Origin: Podarcis muralis
Lineage: Eukaryota
NCBI RefSeq assembly: GCF_964188315.1
Contig: NC_135664.1
Location: 35,712,001-35,776,000 of the forward strand
DNA: 64,000 nt
Direction: 5' to 3'
Position 1 is the stretch's first letter. Each line of letters opens with the position of its first letter. This document shows positions 22,601-35,543 of the stretch, piece by piece. The notes under the pieces are model-generated. The model was given only the letters and a program-made list of their open reading frames with translations, did not search any database and was not told the origin of the DNA. Made by a program: the position numbers and the translations under genes.

Positions 22601-25044
22601 TGCTCTAGGTTCATAACGTTATGTTGGAGTAGTGCCACAGTGACTTCCTCAGCATGCTCCCAATCTGCTCCTATACTTCATCTGTCAGTACTGTTGGTAG
22701 AATTGTAAACACACACTAATGCCAGCCCTAATTCTTAGGTAATGCTTGCCCAGTGCTTGTTCTCCCTCCCAGTTTGCCAGAGAAGCATCTTATCTGCCAG
22801 AGAGGCATAGGATCCAAATGATAACACCTACTACCCACACAAATCCTAAGAAAATTAGGAAAATGGAGCCACGTTCCTTAGTAACGGAGCATTTATGCAG
22901 CACAAACTACTAAACTTAAATGACTATGCTTTTCAAAGCTAAAGAAAGGAACGGCACAGATCACTGGAAATGTCAGTGGCATATTTAATGAATCCAGTTT
23001 GTTTTAATCAATACTGGAGTCTTCTTTCCACTGCCCTTAGATCACCATGTTTTGCAAAGAGATAATAGTAAAATGTCATGTCTAGACAAAGCGAGCGGTT
23101 TTGCTCCTGCAAATCAATAGGAAGCATTGTTCTGCTAAGTGTGACAGATATCAGAGACACAAATGCCATCTTTCCTAGAAATCACTATGACAATATTTGA
23201 GCCAAAAGTGAAGGCTGAGTATTGTTGCCAATAGGCCAGGTCATTGCTGTAAAACCTGCTGCATGGCATTAAGGAGAACTCTGGCAGGAGGTAACGGATA
23301 CTAGGCATGTACTGGATCAGAACACCACCAAACATATATGTCAGCAACTCTCTACTCATAACTTTCCAAATCCTACCATATTACTTGAAAGGAACAATGT
23401 CCCTTTAATCGTCTTCTCCTTCTCCTTCCGGAAGAATTTTTTTCTGCCACATATCCCTTGCTGAACCCTTCTTGCTAGAAAAGGCACTTGAAGCAACTGA
23501 TGAGATAAGGATGTAGCAATTAACTCTGAAAACCAACCCCAACTGCAATGGTGAGCACCCATCCTTCATCTCATCAGTCAAAAGTGGGTAACAGACTACG
23601 TTGCTGAAGTCCAAACAGCAGTGTGACGATCAGGCGGTCTGGTGGCATCAGATGTTGATTCTGAATCATCAATAGGAGCACAATTAAGGGATATATTGTA
23701 GAAATGTGCATTATTTTTGTAAGCTTAGCTCTTCATCCCCTCATTTTTAAAGGCCTTTCATTAAAAAAGGGAAAAGCTTCTGTTTACGGTATGTTTCCCG
23801 ACCACCTGATTAGCCAGGCAACCTGCATCCGCCCTTGCACTAGCAATCATTTGTTCAAATTATGAAAGGAAGGCAAAGTGATAATGTTTATGGGAAAAGA
23901 GTTGAATGTTTAGATATGAAGTGGGGTGGGGTTTTTTTAAGGAATCACTGACCCTGTACCTTCCTGTGCACATAAATTTCATAGGGACAATATTAGCATG
24001 TTTTCACATTTTGGATCTCAGACAGGCCTGAGTGTCCATTGCTCATTTCAAATCCAGTTGGAATGTGCAGGGAGAATGGATGCTTAGCTTGGATGCCTGT
24101 GTTATTCTTCTGCATGCAGCAACTGAGTCACGTGAGAAGGGACACTTCTATTTCTGAATCTTTCCAGACCCAGAAAATCAGCTTCCCAGTGGCCAAGACC
24201 TATTAGGGAGCCCATTGGTACAGACACTGCTGCATTTTTTCCCTTCTTTGAAGGCTGTTCCTGTTTCATTGCTGTTCAAAGATAACAGGAACCACAGGCA
24301 ATACAGATTTGACTGACCTATTTCTCTAAGAGCAGAACTGGCAGCAGTGCTAGTGCTGGGATTAAAAGGTAATCCTTTTTTAAAAAAAACAACAACCGAA
24401 AGGGAGACTTCTCGATAAATATCAGGCCCAGCATATATGCCAATACAGAACCCAATATTGTTGCTGCAGATGCATATACCGTTGATTCCACCTGCATCCA
24501 GAATTGGCATGTCCAAGTCCCAAACAACTAGCATAAGCTTACTCAGCTTACTTTGCAGCTGTTAAGATTTTTCCTTCCTGCAGAAAATATTGTCGTGGGA
24601 CATCTTGCTCGCAATGACCAGGTGACTGCTTGTCAATCAGAATTTCCCTGCTGGCGCTTCTCCTAACAAGGGATAAGTAAAGACAGCAGCCCAGAGACAT
24701 AAACTGTCAGAGAATCAGTGAAGTTATGTCTTTCGTAAGGACCCAGCAGCCTTCCATATGCAAGTTTGCAAAGTACACAGAAGCCCTCAGGTTAGAGGTT
24801 TAAGATTTTTATTTTTATTTACTTTAAGAAACCTATTTCCCCAAGTGTGAGCATCGTGTTAAATAAGCAATGTTTAGAACATTGTCCAAAGTCTTAAAAT
24901 GAGACTTACTTGCAAACAAGCACAGAGAAGCCAAGTGCACATAAGTTCCAACATAGCTCTTCTAGGGAGGGAATGGGTATTTAAAGCTCAATCCTGACAA
25001 GATGGAGGTTCTGTTGGTTCAGCTACCCAGATTGGTAATGCTCA

Positions 25045-25545
25045 ACATATACTAGCTGGGGTTGCACTTCCATAAAGGACTGGGTCCCTGTATTGGGGCG
25101 CTCATTGATCTACCTCTGTCACTGGAGGACCAAGTAGCCTCAGCTGCATGGTGTACCCGTTACCAGCCAAAGTTTCTGTGCTAGCTTCAGCCTCTTCTGG
25201 ATACAGATAGCTATGGCTTCAGTTATCCATGTCATGCTCTGGTGACCTCTATATAAGACTCCTGCAATGCACTGTATCCCAGTTAGCATGACCAATCATC
25301 AGGAATTAAGGGAGCTGCAGTGTAAGTCACCCTGTTCTAGTCTATTTCCAAGCACAATTCAAGGTATTGCTGTGCTAGTACTACATGGCGTGGGACCAGA
25401 AGACTTGAAGGGACATACATGTCCCACCATACAGTTGTTATTCTTCAGAGGTCCTCCTCTGAGTGCTACTGCCACCTGACATCAGGCAGAAGGTGACTGG
25501 GGAGAGGGCCTTTGTGTTGTGGCACGTTTGCAGTGGTGGCTAATG
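25045..25545 (+). mobile_element. Decayed L2 LINE ORF2 fragment
   Basis: Remnants of GVALP.KD.V..LG, HALVTS...D.CNAL and AF.VVA motifs with many stops and frameshifts. Confidence 0.7.
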
Positions 25546-26749
25546 CCCATTGGGACTGGCAGGGTAGGTGGCAAGGAGACCAAGAGAAGTGGAGCCAGAG
25601 GCAGTGACAGGCAGAGCCAACTAATATCCACCTTTGTCCTGAACCTCCTTTCTCCTGAGTTCTACAAGGGACAACACATAGACTAAGGAGGAGGAAGGTG
25701 ACAGGCAGTGATATTCTTTGGACTTGTTTCTAAGTAGGAAGGGAGGAAGGTGAAAATAGATGGAGACTGGTGGGATAGAGTCCCATTTGCACTTCTGGAC
25801 CAGTCTCCACTGGGTCAATGTATGCAAAGACCCTTTACTGTGATTGAGCGTGGGTTAAAAGCAACCTATAACTTGCCTGCTTTGGTTGTTTCCAGCGTCA
25901 TTTCCCCACCCTGATATTCAGCAGCAGTATACCTTGGAAATGAGAGTGGAAACACTTCCCCTCCTCACATGTCCTTTCCTGTAACGCAGATAGCTGTAAA
26001 TATAACATGTCAAAACATCCTCGTTCCACAACAGGAGCACTCAACGTGCAGCTACCTAATTTTGCCCTACATGACAGTATGTAGCAGCTGTCAAAATGCT
26101 TCATTAAGTTTTTTTTGCACAATGTCTGTCTTGCACAATGATCTAAAACATACTGTACTCACATTTGTATAAATGTAGATTACCAGACAGGAAATACAGG
26201 CATTGCCCCAAGCGAATAAATAAGCTTAGCGCCATCACCAACGGAATGGCATTCCAAAGAGTTGGATTCTGTGTTGTGTACAACACTCTTCATAGGGGCA
26301 GCGCTTGCAGCATCCCCCCCCCCTTTGTCAGCACGTCCAGGCTTGTTTGGAAGAAATGCTATTAAAAGAATTCTGAGAAATCCAAGAAATGTTCTGGCTT
26401 AGAGCAGATCTCAGACACTAGTTTTAGTGTATCATTTTTAACACTCGGCTGTCAACATCTTAGCTGCAATCTAAATCTATTATATAAATAAAATATGCTT
26501 TGGGCCATGTCATAATGTGCAGAACTTCCCCTTCCATGAAGATGCTGACAGGGGAGCTTCATCTGATGGATTTCTGCCTGCCTCGCTGCTCTTAAAGGCA
26601 CATAACACCTGTCCATAAAGCAGCAACCTTGGGCTGAGCCTTGGTGTTCAAAAGCACATTCTAAGTGTGATGCCCAGAGAACTTTCTTTTATGGGGCAAT
26701 TAATCATACATCCATACAAGTCACCATATGATTATAGATAGAGAACAAC

Positions 26750-27663
26750 AAGAAGAAAAGTGAGGGAGAAGAATGGCTTAGTAGAAAGAGACAAAGTGGC
26801 CCATTCTTGTACCTGGTTATCAGGTCCTATTGCATCTCTGTATTCTGCAAAATGATGTACAACTTTGGTGCAGAATAGCGTGTTCTTCCTCATGGAGGGC
26901 GCGTGTTGTGGTGGGGTCCACTGGGCCACCCCTCTGTTGCCAGGCAGGATTACTAAGGAAGCCTGTGGCAATGATTGGATGGCTGGGTTGCTGGGGTAAA
27001 TCCTATGTTGCAATTTGGTGGGAGGGATCGGATGTTTTAAATCCTGTGGACGCAGCTTGGAGCTTTCTATTTCACTGCGTCCAACGGATCACCCGCCCTA
27101 ATTTTATTGGGTTTTGCGTTGACCTTGCTATGCCTGTCATTGGGGCAGGGGCCTGGTAGGAATTTTGTCCATCTGGCTGATTGGCTGGGCCAATCAGTTT
27201 TTGCCAACTGTGTAGCAAATCGTCACAACTTGTAAGGTTGCGGTTAGGCATTGGTTATCAATTGGTTGAAGGCAGGGTTAGGATAGGCTGTGCCTGCCCC
27301 TCCAAGGCTGCTGCGGAAAGGGAATTCTGTTAAAGGAATCCAGGGGCTTGCCATCTTTTTGTCTGAATCCCTGGAATAGGGCTAGGGCCGGCAAGCCCTG
27401 GGGAGCATGTGGGGAGAGGTGAGAGCCTGTGGTTCAGCTCCATTTCTCCCCAATATTGTTTTCCCTTACTGGCTTTCGGTGGTGCCCAGAAGTCAGTTCT
27501 GTCCCCTGGCGGTGGGACAGATAGTCTTAACCAATGCCTAAACAACCACTCACATTTATGTATTTCAATAAAGTTGTGGCCAAAATTATGCCAAAACCTT
27601 AAACAAAAATTTTGTGTGTGTTGTGAGTTAATTGAGGGGTGGCTTGGGGACCTCAACACGCAA
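26750..27663. mobile_element. Unclassified LTR-like or YR-retroelement terminal-repeat-like interspersed repeat
   Basis: GC- and CpG-richer block with caataaagttgtggcc near 27566, ending ...ctcaacacgcaa; internal inverted repeat 27242-27257 / 27528-27543. Left boundary approximate. Confidence 0.45.
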
Positions 27664-27736
27664 CTGCCACTATGCATGGTAAGTTACTATTTCATTTTAC
27701 AAAAAGAAAAGGAAGCTAAGCCTGCAACCCTACACA

Positions 27737-27858
27737 CAGTGCTATTTTTCTAGAAAAACAGGTGCTGGAACTCACCCTTGTTCTCTTATAATGGCAATGG
27801 TGCCCCCCGAGAGGTGCTGGAACTGAGTTCCAGTGATTTCTGGCTGAAAAAAGCCCTG
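27737..27858. mobile_element. 122-bp hAT-type MITE
   Basis: Ends CAGTGCTATTTTTC...GAAAAAAGCCCTG; perfect 8-bp TSD cctacaca at 27729-27736 and 27859-27866; second copy at 54328-54448. Confidence 0.9.
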
Positions 27859-28845
27859 CCTACACATGATTACTTGACAGCAAATCTCACTGAATTCAGT
27901 AGGCTTTCTTTGAAGCAAATGTGCACAGGGTTAAGGCTGTATGCCAATAGTTACTGCCCATAGGAACTCAATGAAACTAAAACAAACATCCTTACAACTA
28001 GATCTCTCTTCTAGTCTGAATTCTTGGACCACATTCGCCAACCATGCATACTGATGCATGACAGCATTTAAATAAAATAAAAACCCTTAATGAACTCTTT
28101 ATACTGAAACAACAAGGTGAAAAGGACCAATTGCGGCTACAGACATATGAATCATAAATAATGGTCTATGAATCCCCTGAAGCACAATTGTCAAAAAGAA
28201 GAAGTCGGAATGGACATTTAAATATATAGTGTTTCTCTGATGATATCCCTGCAGACTGTGGTACTGAATGTCAGGCTTACAGTTCATGTCAACTTCAGTT
28301 CAATAGGACCTGCTCCCAGGTAAGTGTGTGTGTGCTATTGTAGCCTTAATTGCTTTGCGATTCAATTTTGCAACAGTAAAATGGGGCACCACTCTTCTGC
28401 GATTCCCCAATGCAAAATAAGGACATGCCTGTACTGCAGCTATTTGCACAATTTTGCCCTCAGAAAGAACAATAGTAGTCCAAACAGTTCCTCTTTGAAC
28501 AGTAACAGTGAAATTATCAGTACCTTGGATCCGGATACATAATCTGGTCATGAAAAATACTCCCTGCATTGTTGAGAAAGGGATGTGCTGATCTCGAGGG
28601 GATTGGAAATACGGGTAGAAAAGCAACATTTGGGGTGGGAGAAGACAACAGAAAGATGGCCAAGGTTCACAAGCCACAAACTAGGATTGGCACCAGTCAG
28701 TTTGAAGTATGTAGATTGAGACTGTGATTGTATGTTTACAATCCTATGCAAACTACGGTATATCCTGCTACATTCAATGGGGCTTATTCCACACAGTGGT
28801 CTGAATTATCTAGGGTAGTCAATGGGGACTGTTAGTGTGGGGCTA

Positions 28846-29310
28846 GAAATGAGGGGAAAATTCATTTCAGTTTACACTCAACGATGGAACTACCTAATTC
28901 ACACTTTCTGAAGCAATATGAGAACTGAAACAAAGTCATCCTTCAAATTCGCACATTTCCAACCAAGGAATGTGTTATTGTTTTGCTCGCTATGTATTTT
29001 TGTGGTTTTATACTGTAAAACACCCTGCGATCCATAGATGAACAGTGGTATAGAAATTACACACACACACACACATACGGATAGGATGTGCATAAATATT
29101 CATATATTGGTGAAAGCAGCATACAGAATTGTATAATGTTAGGGAAAATATATTTGCCAAAATTTGCATATTAAGCAAATTGCATTAGGAGAAATTCACA
29201 CTAAAATGCTGGTGAATTTTCATGAGGACTTTAAAACACACACACACAGATGTGAAAAATGTGGAAAACTGGAAAAATGAAAAACTGAAACTGACCAATT
29301 CCTGTTTCAC
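28846..29310 (-). mobile_element. TAGGGATG-ended non-autonomous DNA element, interrupted and decayed
   Basis: aaattcacactaaaatgctggtgaattttcatgaggac is the reverse complement of gtcctcatgaaaatccaccagcattttagtgtgaattt at ~45719-45756. Confidence 0.65.
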
Positions 29311-30620
29311 ACACAATTGAGGAAAGACCATCCTTGACTGGTCTGAGCTCCCAGGTTGCTAGTGGGACCCACACAACTGGTTTGCACCATGGTGGAACCT
29401 ACTTGCTGGCAACTCCTGTGATTATCCAAGCAGGCAGGCTGCTGTGTGCGTGCATATGTGTGAGAGAGACATTAGCTAGCAGTCAGACTGCCCAATGGAT
29501 GGATCCTGACCGTATGCCATGGCAGACCAGAAATGTGTGGTGGACATGTTTAACCCACACTCTCGCCTATTGCTCATTCTTGCTCCCACCCTCCTGCACC
29601 TGGTTCACAACAACCATGCTGCATATGTACTTCAGTGTTTCTGGTGAAGATGTCTAGAAAGGAGGAGATGCAAGTCATCTGTTAAAAATGGAAATTGCCA
29701 GCTTTTAAAAAGGCAGGCAAATCTCAGAATCTTACTTAATATGATGAGAGGGTTGCAATTTCACTGCCTATCACAGGAATGGATCATTACTGTACCATTG
29801 TGTATCCTCACGTGTAAATGAGCCACAAATTTATCCTTGTGGTATAAATTAGAATGCAGGGCCTCAGAATGAATAGGGCAATAAATGTAACAAGCTTTTA
29901 AAGCTTCCAATTGAGTCTAAGGGAATACACTTGCCAATTCAACCTAATCTAATGTTGCCAGGTGTTGCTTCTCCTAGGACCAGATACTAGTCCATCTTAT
30001 GAATTTTTCAGTATTTCTTCTTGTTATCTGAGTTTCTCTTAAGATGCCTCTTGCTGCCATGTGGTCTCCACATTGGTTTTTAATGCAGTACATTATTCCA
30101 TAACTATTTAAAAAATGGCATGCAATACAATGTAATACGGGAAGAAATCATGCCCTTGTTCAAAGTTATATTCAGCAAACCTCTTTGGGATCATGGTAAG
30201 TACACAGCAATATAAAAGGGGGTGGGGGGAGATTGCCTAACTCAATTTAATATTTATAGCCTTCTCAGTGCTGTACTATATTGCACAGGAGAAGAAATTA
30301 AAATCTGAATGATGCTAATAAAATACTTCCCTCTCCAGTACTCTTGTTTAGTATGAATGGGATTTCCATTTTGAGTGGAATGGGTGAACTGTCCATTACT
30401 GACTAAATATCTAGAAAATGCTTCTAGGTATTAAAAAGGCAACCATCTGTGCGTGTCTCTCCACTGAGAATAAAAATTTATTTCCTGTTGTCTGTTGTTC
30501 ACATCAACTTATTGGAAAGGCAAAGAACACCCAAGGCCAATCACTTTGTGCAATTCCAGGTGGTGTGCTCTTGCGATGCAAAATATCATTTCACACAATG
30601 ATGTAATTTCCATTTATATG

Positions 30621-30985
30621 CAACAGCATAAGCATAGGAGCTGAAAGGTCTCTCAAAGGTCATCCACTCCAATCCCCTACCAATGCAGGAAACCCACTCC
30701 TCCAGCATCCCCGTAGAGATGGTCACTGAGCCTCTGCTTAAAAACCTCTAAGCACACCATCTTCCAAGGTAGTCTGTTCCATTGTCAATCAGCTTGTACC
30801 ATCCAGAAGACCTTCCTAACTATAGAATTGTAGAGTTGGAAGGGACCCAATGGTTATCTAACCCAACCCTTTGCAATGCAGGAATCTCAGCTAAAGCATC
30901 CATGACAGATAGCCATCCACCCTCTGCTTATTCCAAATCCTTTTTCTGGTTATTGATTGGGTTCTACCTTCCGGAGCAAGTTATC
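30621..30985 (-). mobile_element. Two CR1 3' ends, one nested in the other
   Basis: The outer copy (cataagcataggagctg...aaaaacctc...) is broken at ~30820 by a second CR1 tail (atagaattgtagagttggaagggaccc...ccatccaccctctgctta) and resumes at ~30931. Confidence 0.65.
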
Positions 30986-31214
30986 TTCAACCTTTTCAGA
31001 TGCAGATGACGACTAAAAATATTTGAAGGTCACCTGGACTTTAGCCTAACGGACACTGTCCCTGCAAGTTTTGGCTACCTCATTTGTCCTTGTCACTCCT
31101 TCCATTTCCTCTACATGTGCCTTTTAAATCTGAGCTCATCAGAGCGCTCCTTACGCAGCCACCCAAGTTCCTTAGGTGCCTTCATTCTTCTGGTACTTTG
31201 GAATGGTTTATGAT

Positions 31215-31418
31215 TATGGGGAAGGACCAGAGGCTAGTCATAGATTAGATGTTTTGCATGCAAAAGGTTCCAGTTTCAATTTCTGGTGTCTTCAGGTAGA
31301 GCTGGGGGGAAAACCTTGCCCGAAACCATGGAGACCTGATGTCAGTCAGTGTCAACAATACTGTACTGGAGGAACCAATGGTCTGACGAATGGATATGGC
31401 AGCTTCCTGTTTTCCTAT
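31215..31418 (+). mobile_element. Decayed tRNA-derived SINE (Squam2-like)
   Basis: ttttgcatgcaaaaggttccagtttcaatt...ccaatggtctgac...ggcagcttcctgttttccta. Confidence 0.7.
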
Positions 31419-32983
31419 ATGCCTTTAGCATCTCAATTTTAAGAAACTCCCACCAATCTTGAACACCTTCTTTCTTCAGTATATCTATGCAGGATCACAT
31501 GCAGTATTTCACATCACTATGCCTTTTCAGAATACCAAAGAGAGAGAGGTGTCCTTTTGTAGTTAGAAATTAATATCCCACTTTCCAAGCTTTGAGATGC
31601 ATGAGGAGATGGGGAAAGTATATCTTCATTATTGTAGTGAGCTATAACTTCATACCGAAAACTCTAGATCTATCCAATCTCAAATAGTGGAATGGATAGA
31701 TCTTTAGACACTGTTGATTAGCAAAATACAGTTGTTGAAACCTGCCATATCCTTCCATTGTCTCTCTCTGTTGTTTTGTTTTTTACTTAAACAAATAAGT
31801 GCCTACAGAGTTTTCATATCATGCAGCTATTCAGACAGAGTACATCATCTTCCCTGCTGTTTGTGTAATTGGTAGTTTAACTCATGAACTCCTGTAACAC
31901 AAGAGGGGAACTCTTTATGTGATGTGGAAAACTCAAAAGAACAAACATGCAGCTAACAGAGCTTCTTTCTGAAACCCTTCCCATTTTACATTTCACAGTA
32001 AAATTGTCCGAATGTTAAATGGCATGATGTAGAATTATTTTGATGCATTCTCAGATAAACAGCAACACAGGAGACGAATAGCTAACATGACATTTGTTTC
32101 TCTTATTGGGTAGGGCTTATTTTACTATCTGTCTGATTTTTTATACTCTTTTCCCCAACTGTGCAATAATAGGGCAGCTAAGAAGTCCAGCTTCTGTAAC
32201 GGTGAACAAAATGCTGCACTGGTTTGTTGTCATGGAAATGGAAAATCTTCGATAAAAAAATTGGGTTCAATATCCATAATTTGGTAAGGTTATCCACAGC
32301 ATGGGAACAGCTATACTATACAGAAACTAGGCATAATTCTTGGTTCCTGTCTATATCATTTCCCTATGCTTTCATACAACATAAAATTGTGTTATTCAAA
32401 TATGGCTGGTAAAGATTCAAAACATTTGAATGATTGGTGACATGAACAAATAAGATTACTGATTATAGAGGATCCTGAATTGCACAGACTGCAACCCAAT
32501 AAATGTGGGTAATTAGAGGATATTTGAATAAACAAGCTCTAGAAAGATAATGCCTTGTTCTTCTTTCCATATATTTCTTCACATTTTAAATCTGAATAAT
32601 TTCATTTTCTATTTGTAATGGTGTTCTTAAGCAGGACTTAATTTGATGTTTGTGCCTAATTATATGAGTGCCTGAACAGATGCATAGGACTTCACATGAA
32701 TCCAAAAAGTAACAAGAAAGGCAGCTGGTAGGAAATCCACAATTTGGTTATGCACAGAAAAGACCATTATGACCTCAGTCCATGAAAGGCATGGTGGTCT
32801 TTTAAATACAGTACCATGAATATGCTACCTGAAGTAGTGCTGGTAGTAGTAGTAGCTTGTTACCAGGTCTCCAAGATTCTAAGACATCCATTTCCTATAC
32901 CCAACAATTATGGCTGTTGCCAGATCAGCAGCATAAACTAATAAACTGTCCTGGCACTCAGCTCTCAGCATGCACAGAATTTA

Positions 32984-33054
<71 letters not shown>
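32984..33054. repeat. (TTTC)n microsatellite forming the tail of the adjacent minus-strand L1
   Basis: Direct reading; abuts tttattg (minus-strand AATAAA) at ~33068. Confidence 0.95.
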
Positions 33055-33630
33055 GGTTAAAATAGAACTTTATTGAACAATCAACATCAGCCTACACATC
33101 AATACACAATAATACAATATTTACAACCTACATACACATACCTTACAGAAAAAGAAAGAAGAAGAAAGCAAAAGATAAAAGACAAAAGAATGAAATAAAT
33201 AAAATAAATAAAATAAACTTCTGATTCTTCTCATTGTACTGTTTCTTATTTTACCCACAGTGCCTTATTATTATTTTGTTTCCCCAATTCTTTTCAAGAT
33301 ACTCTATTATTCGTCACCAATATATTACAAGAATCATTCAAGGTCTGCCAGGAGATTTTTGTTATCACAATAATTTTTCAAGTACTCTTTAAATACTGTC
33401 CATTCTTTATTCACCTTCTGCATCGAATATCCTCTAACTCTCTCTGTCATTTTTGCCAATTGTATGTACTCTATAATTTTTACCTGCCATTCAGTTTTTG
33501 TGGGGATATTTCCACTTTTCCAATTCTTCACTACTAGAATCCTGGCTGCTGTTGTTGCATACATGAACAGTGGTCTGGCATTTTTCTTAACTTCTGTTGA
33601 CATTATTCCTAATAGGAAGGCATGCGCAGA
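33055..33630 (-). mobile_element. 5'-truncated L1-clade LINE 3' fragment
   Basis: ORF 33334-33678: AFLLGIM...FMYATTAARILVVKNWKSGNIPTKTEWQVKIIEYIQLAKMT...EWTVFKEYL, collinear with the 58 kb ORF2 C-terminus. Confidence 0.88.
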
Positions 33631-35460
33631 CCTTTCTCTCCTCTGACTGCTTGTTTTATGGCCTAGGAATTCAGACAAGTGTAAAATGTGTTGTATTCAA
33701 TGCCGCCGACTCTTCCGCTTCTTGCACTAACCTTGCATTGGGCTCTTCATCAATATTAATTCACAATTTATGCCCCAAATCAAGTATCCTAAAATATATC
33801 TTTCTCATATAGATGTGCAAGATCCTTGTTCTGTGAAATATGCGTGCTACCTGTGCTTTTCCTGTCCACATTCTGTTGTTTTGCAACGTCTTCCATGTTA
33901 TCATAATTTAGTCTTTGACCTCCTGCCCTTTCATCCACTCTCCAAACCCTTCAGATGTGGCTCTGTTTACTTCTATTTTGGCACAAATATAGGAAGGCAA
34001 CTTCACAGTTTTAGTTAATCAATATTAAAAAGAAAACATGGGGCAACTTGTCTTTTTCAAATGCCAACCTGATAAATACCACTCGCCAGGGTTTTTGAGA
34101 GTCTTGCTGGGAGCTGTCTACTTGTCCCACACGAAACATTTAATCTTCAAAGACCAATTGCTACAACTGCTTTAAAACCACCTCTATACCCCCTGTTTGC
34201 CACGTCCCATAAATTCATTATAAAAAGCTTGCTTTATGAAGAAATTAAACTGATACTTCATCAAAGACAGATAAAGGGCAGGGAGCACGATGCCACTGTA
34301 TACAATTTGTTAAAATAATATAATAATGAGTTCTTGTATGCACTGAAGCATATTTACAACAATGGTAGTCATTCTGCTCCTGATACTTCCCCTCCCCAAT
34401 TTTTAAGCTCATTCTAGGATGGGCAGTAGACCACATTGTAGACCATGGGCTCTGTCTCTTACGCCTTGGAGTGAGGGGAACTGTGGCTCTCTGGAACTTG
34501 TTAAAATTTCTATCCAAAGTCCCTGATAATGGGCTGCCTCTTCGATTTGCTATTTTAGTAATTAAAATAATTTGGCCACCGAGAATAGCTGTGCTTATTT
34601 TATTAAGCATATTTATAGCCTGCCTTTCATCATAATGGGTCCCAGGGCATGGCACAAGACACAAATTGCACAAATGCACTAAAAACAATAATAAAACTAT
34701 AAATCAACATGGGGGGGGGGGGGGAAGAGCAGCTATAAATCTACAGCTAATACTAATTGAAACTCTTGAAACTGCATAGTGGGCTACCCACTCAAAAAAT
34801 ATTCCTAATTACTCTACGAATAACTGGGAAGACAGACATGTGTTTACTAGGTTCCTTAATTTCATAATTTTCAAACAAAAATATATTTGCTTATTTGTTA
34901 GACTTTGTGTTTATATTTGTATGACATGCTCTCAGAGACTGTGGTTAATGCTTTAGATGTTATGCTTAATGACTTCACCAGGGCCTGCCCTGTGACATCA
35001 CCAGGAACCACCCTTAGGTCTCAGGTTTGGGCCCTGAAATCTCAGGGCCTGGGATGGTCCTGACCTGGCAACACTATTGTTTGGGCCCAAAATGTTTAGG
35101 GTTTTGTGAATTGACACAAGAATCTTGGGAGCCTTACTGATCTGCTCATGCATATGGGAGATGCATGGGATCCATACCATTTCCTCCATTCCTAGTATAC
35201 ATTTTTACACAGTATAAGGAAATGTTTTAACAAATGAACCAGGCATATAAATAACTCATTGAGTTGCATAAATGTGTATTTACTGTCCTCCTTGAAATCA
35301 GGTATGGAAGTTGCCCTTGACTTGCAACAGAGAAAGTGGTTATAAACACACCAACATAATCTTCAAGACAAATATCACATTGTGTTGTTCCACTTTGCAT
35401 GTCCCTTTTGAAAATGGGGACAGAAATTGAGCTGGGAGTTTGTAACCCATGTACAGAATT

Positions 35461-35543
35461 ACCATATTTTTCTGTGTATAAGACTAGGTTTCCCCCCTAA
35501 AAATGTCAAAAATTAGGGGGCGTCTTATAGAGGGAAAAATACC
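35461..35543. mobile_element. Very short internally deleted Tc2-like MITE
   Basis: ccatatttttctgtgtataagac...cgtcttatagagggaaaaatacc; ends resemble those of 11217-11807. Confidence 0.5.

Noticed and set aside
23356-23614. Minus-strand ORFs ending ...EGEGEDD* or containing RKEKEK
   Set aside because: Purine-rich low-complexity stretch; no identifiable protein or convincing splice sites.
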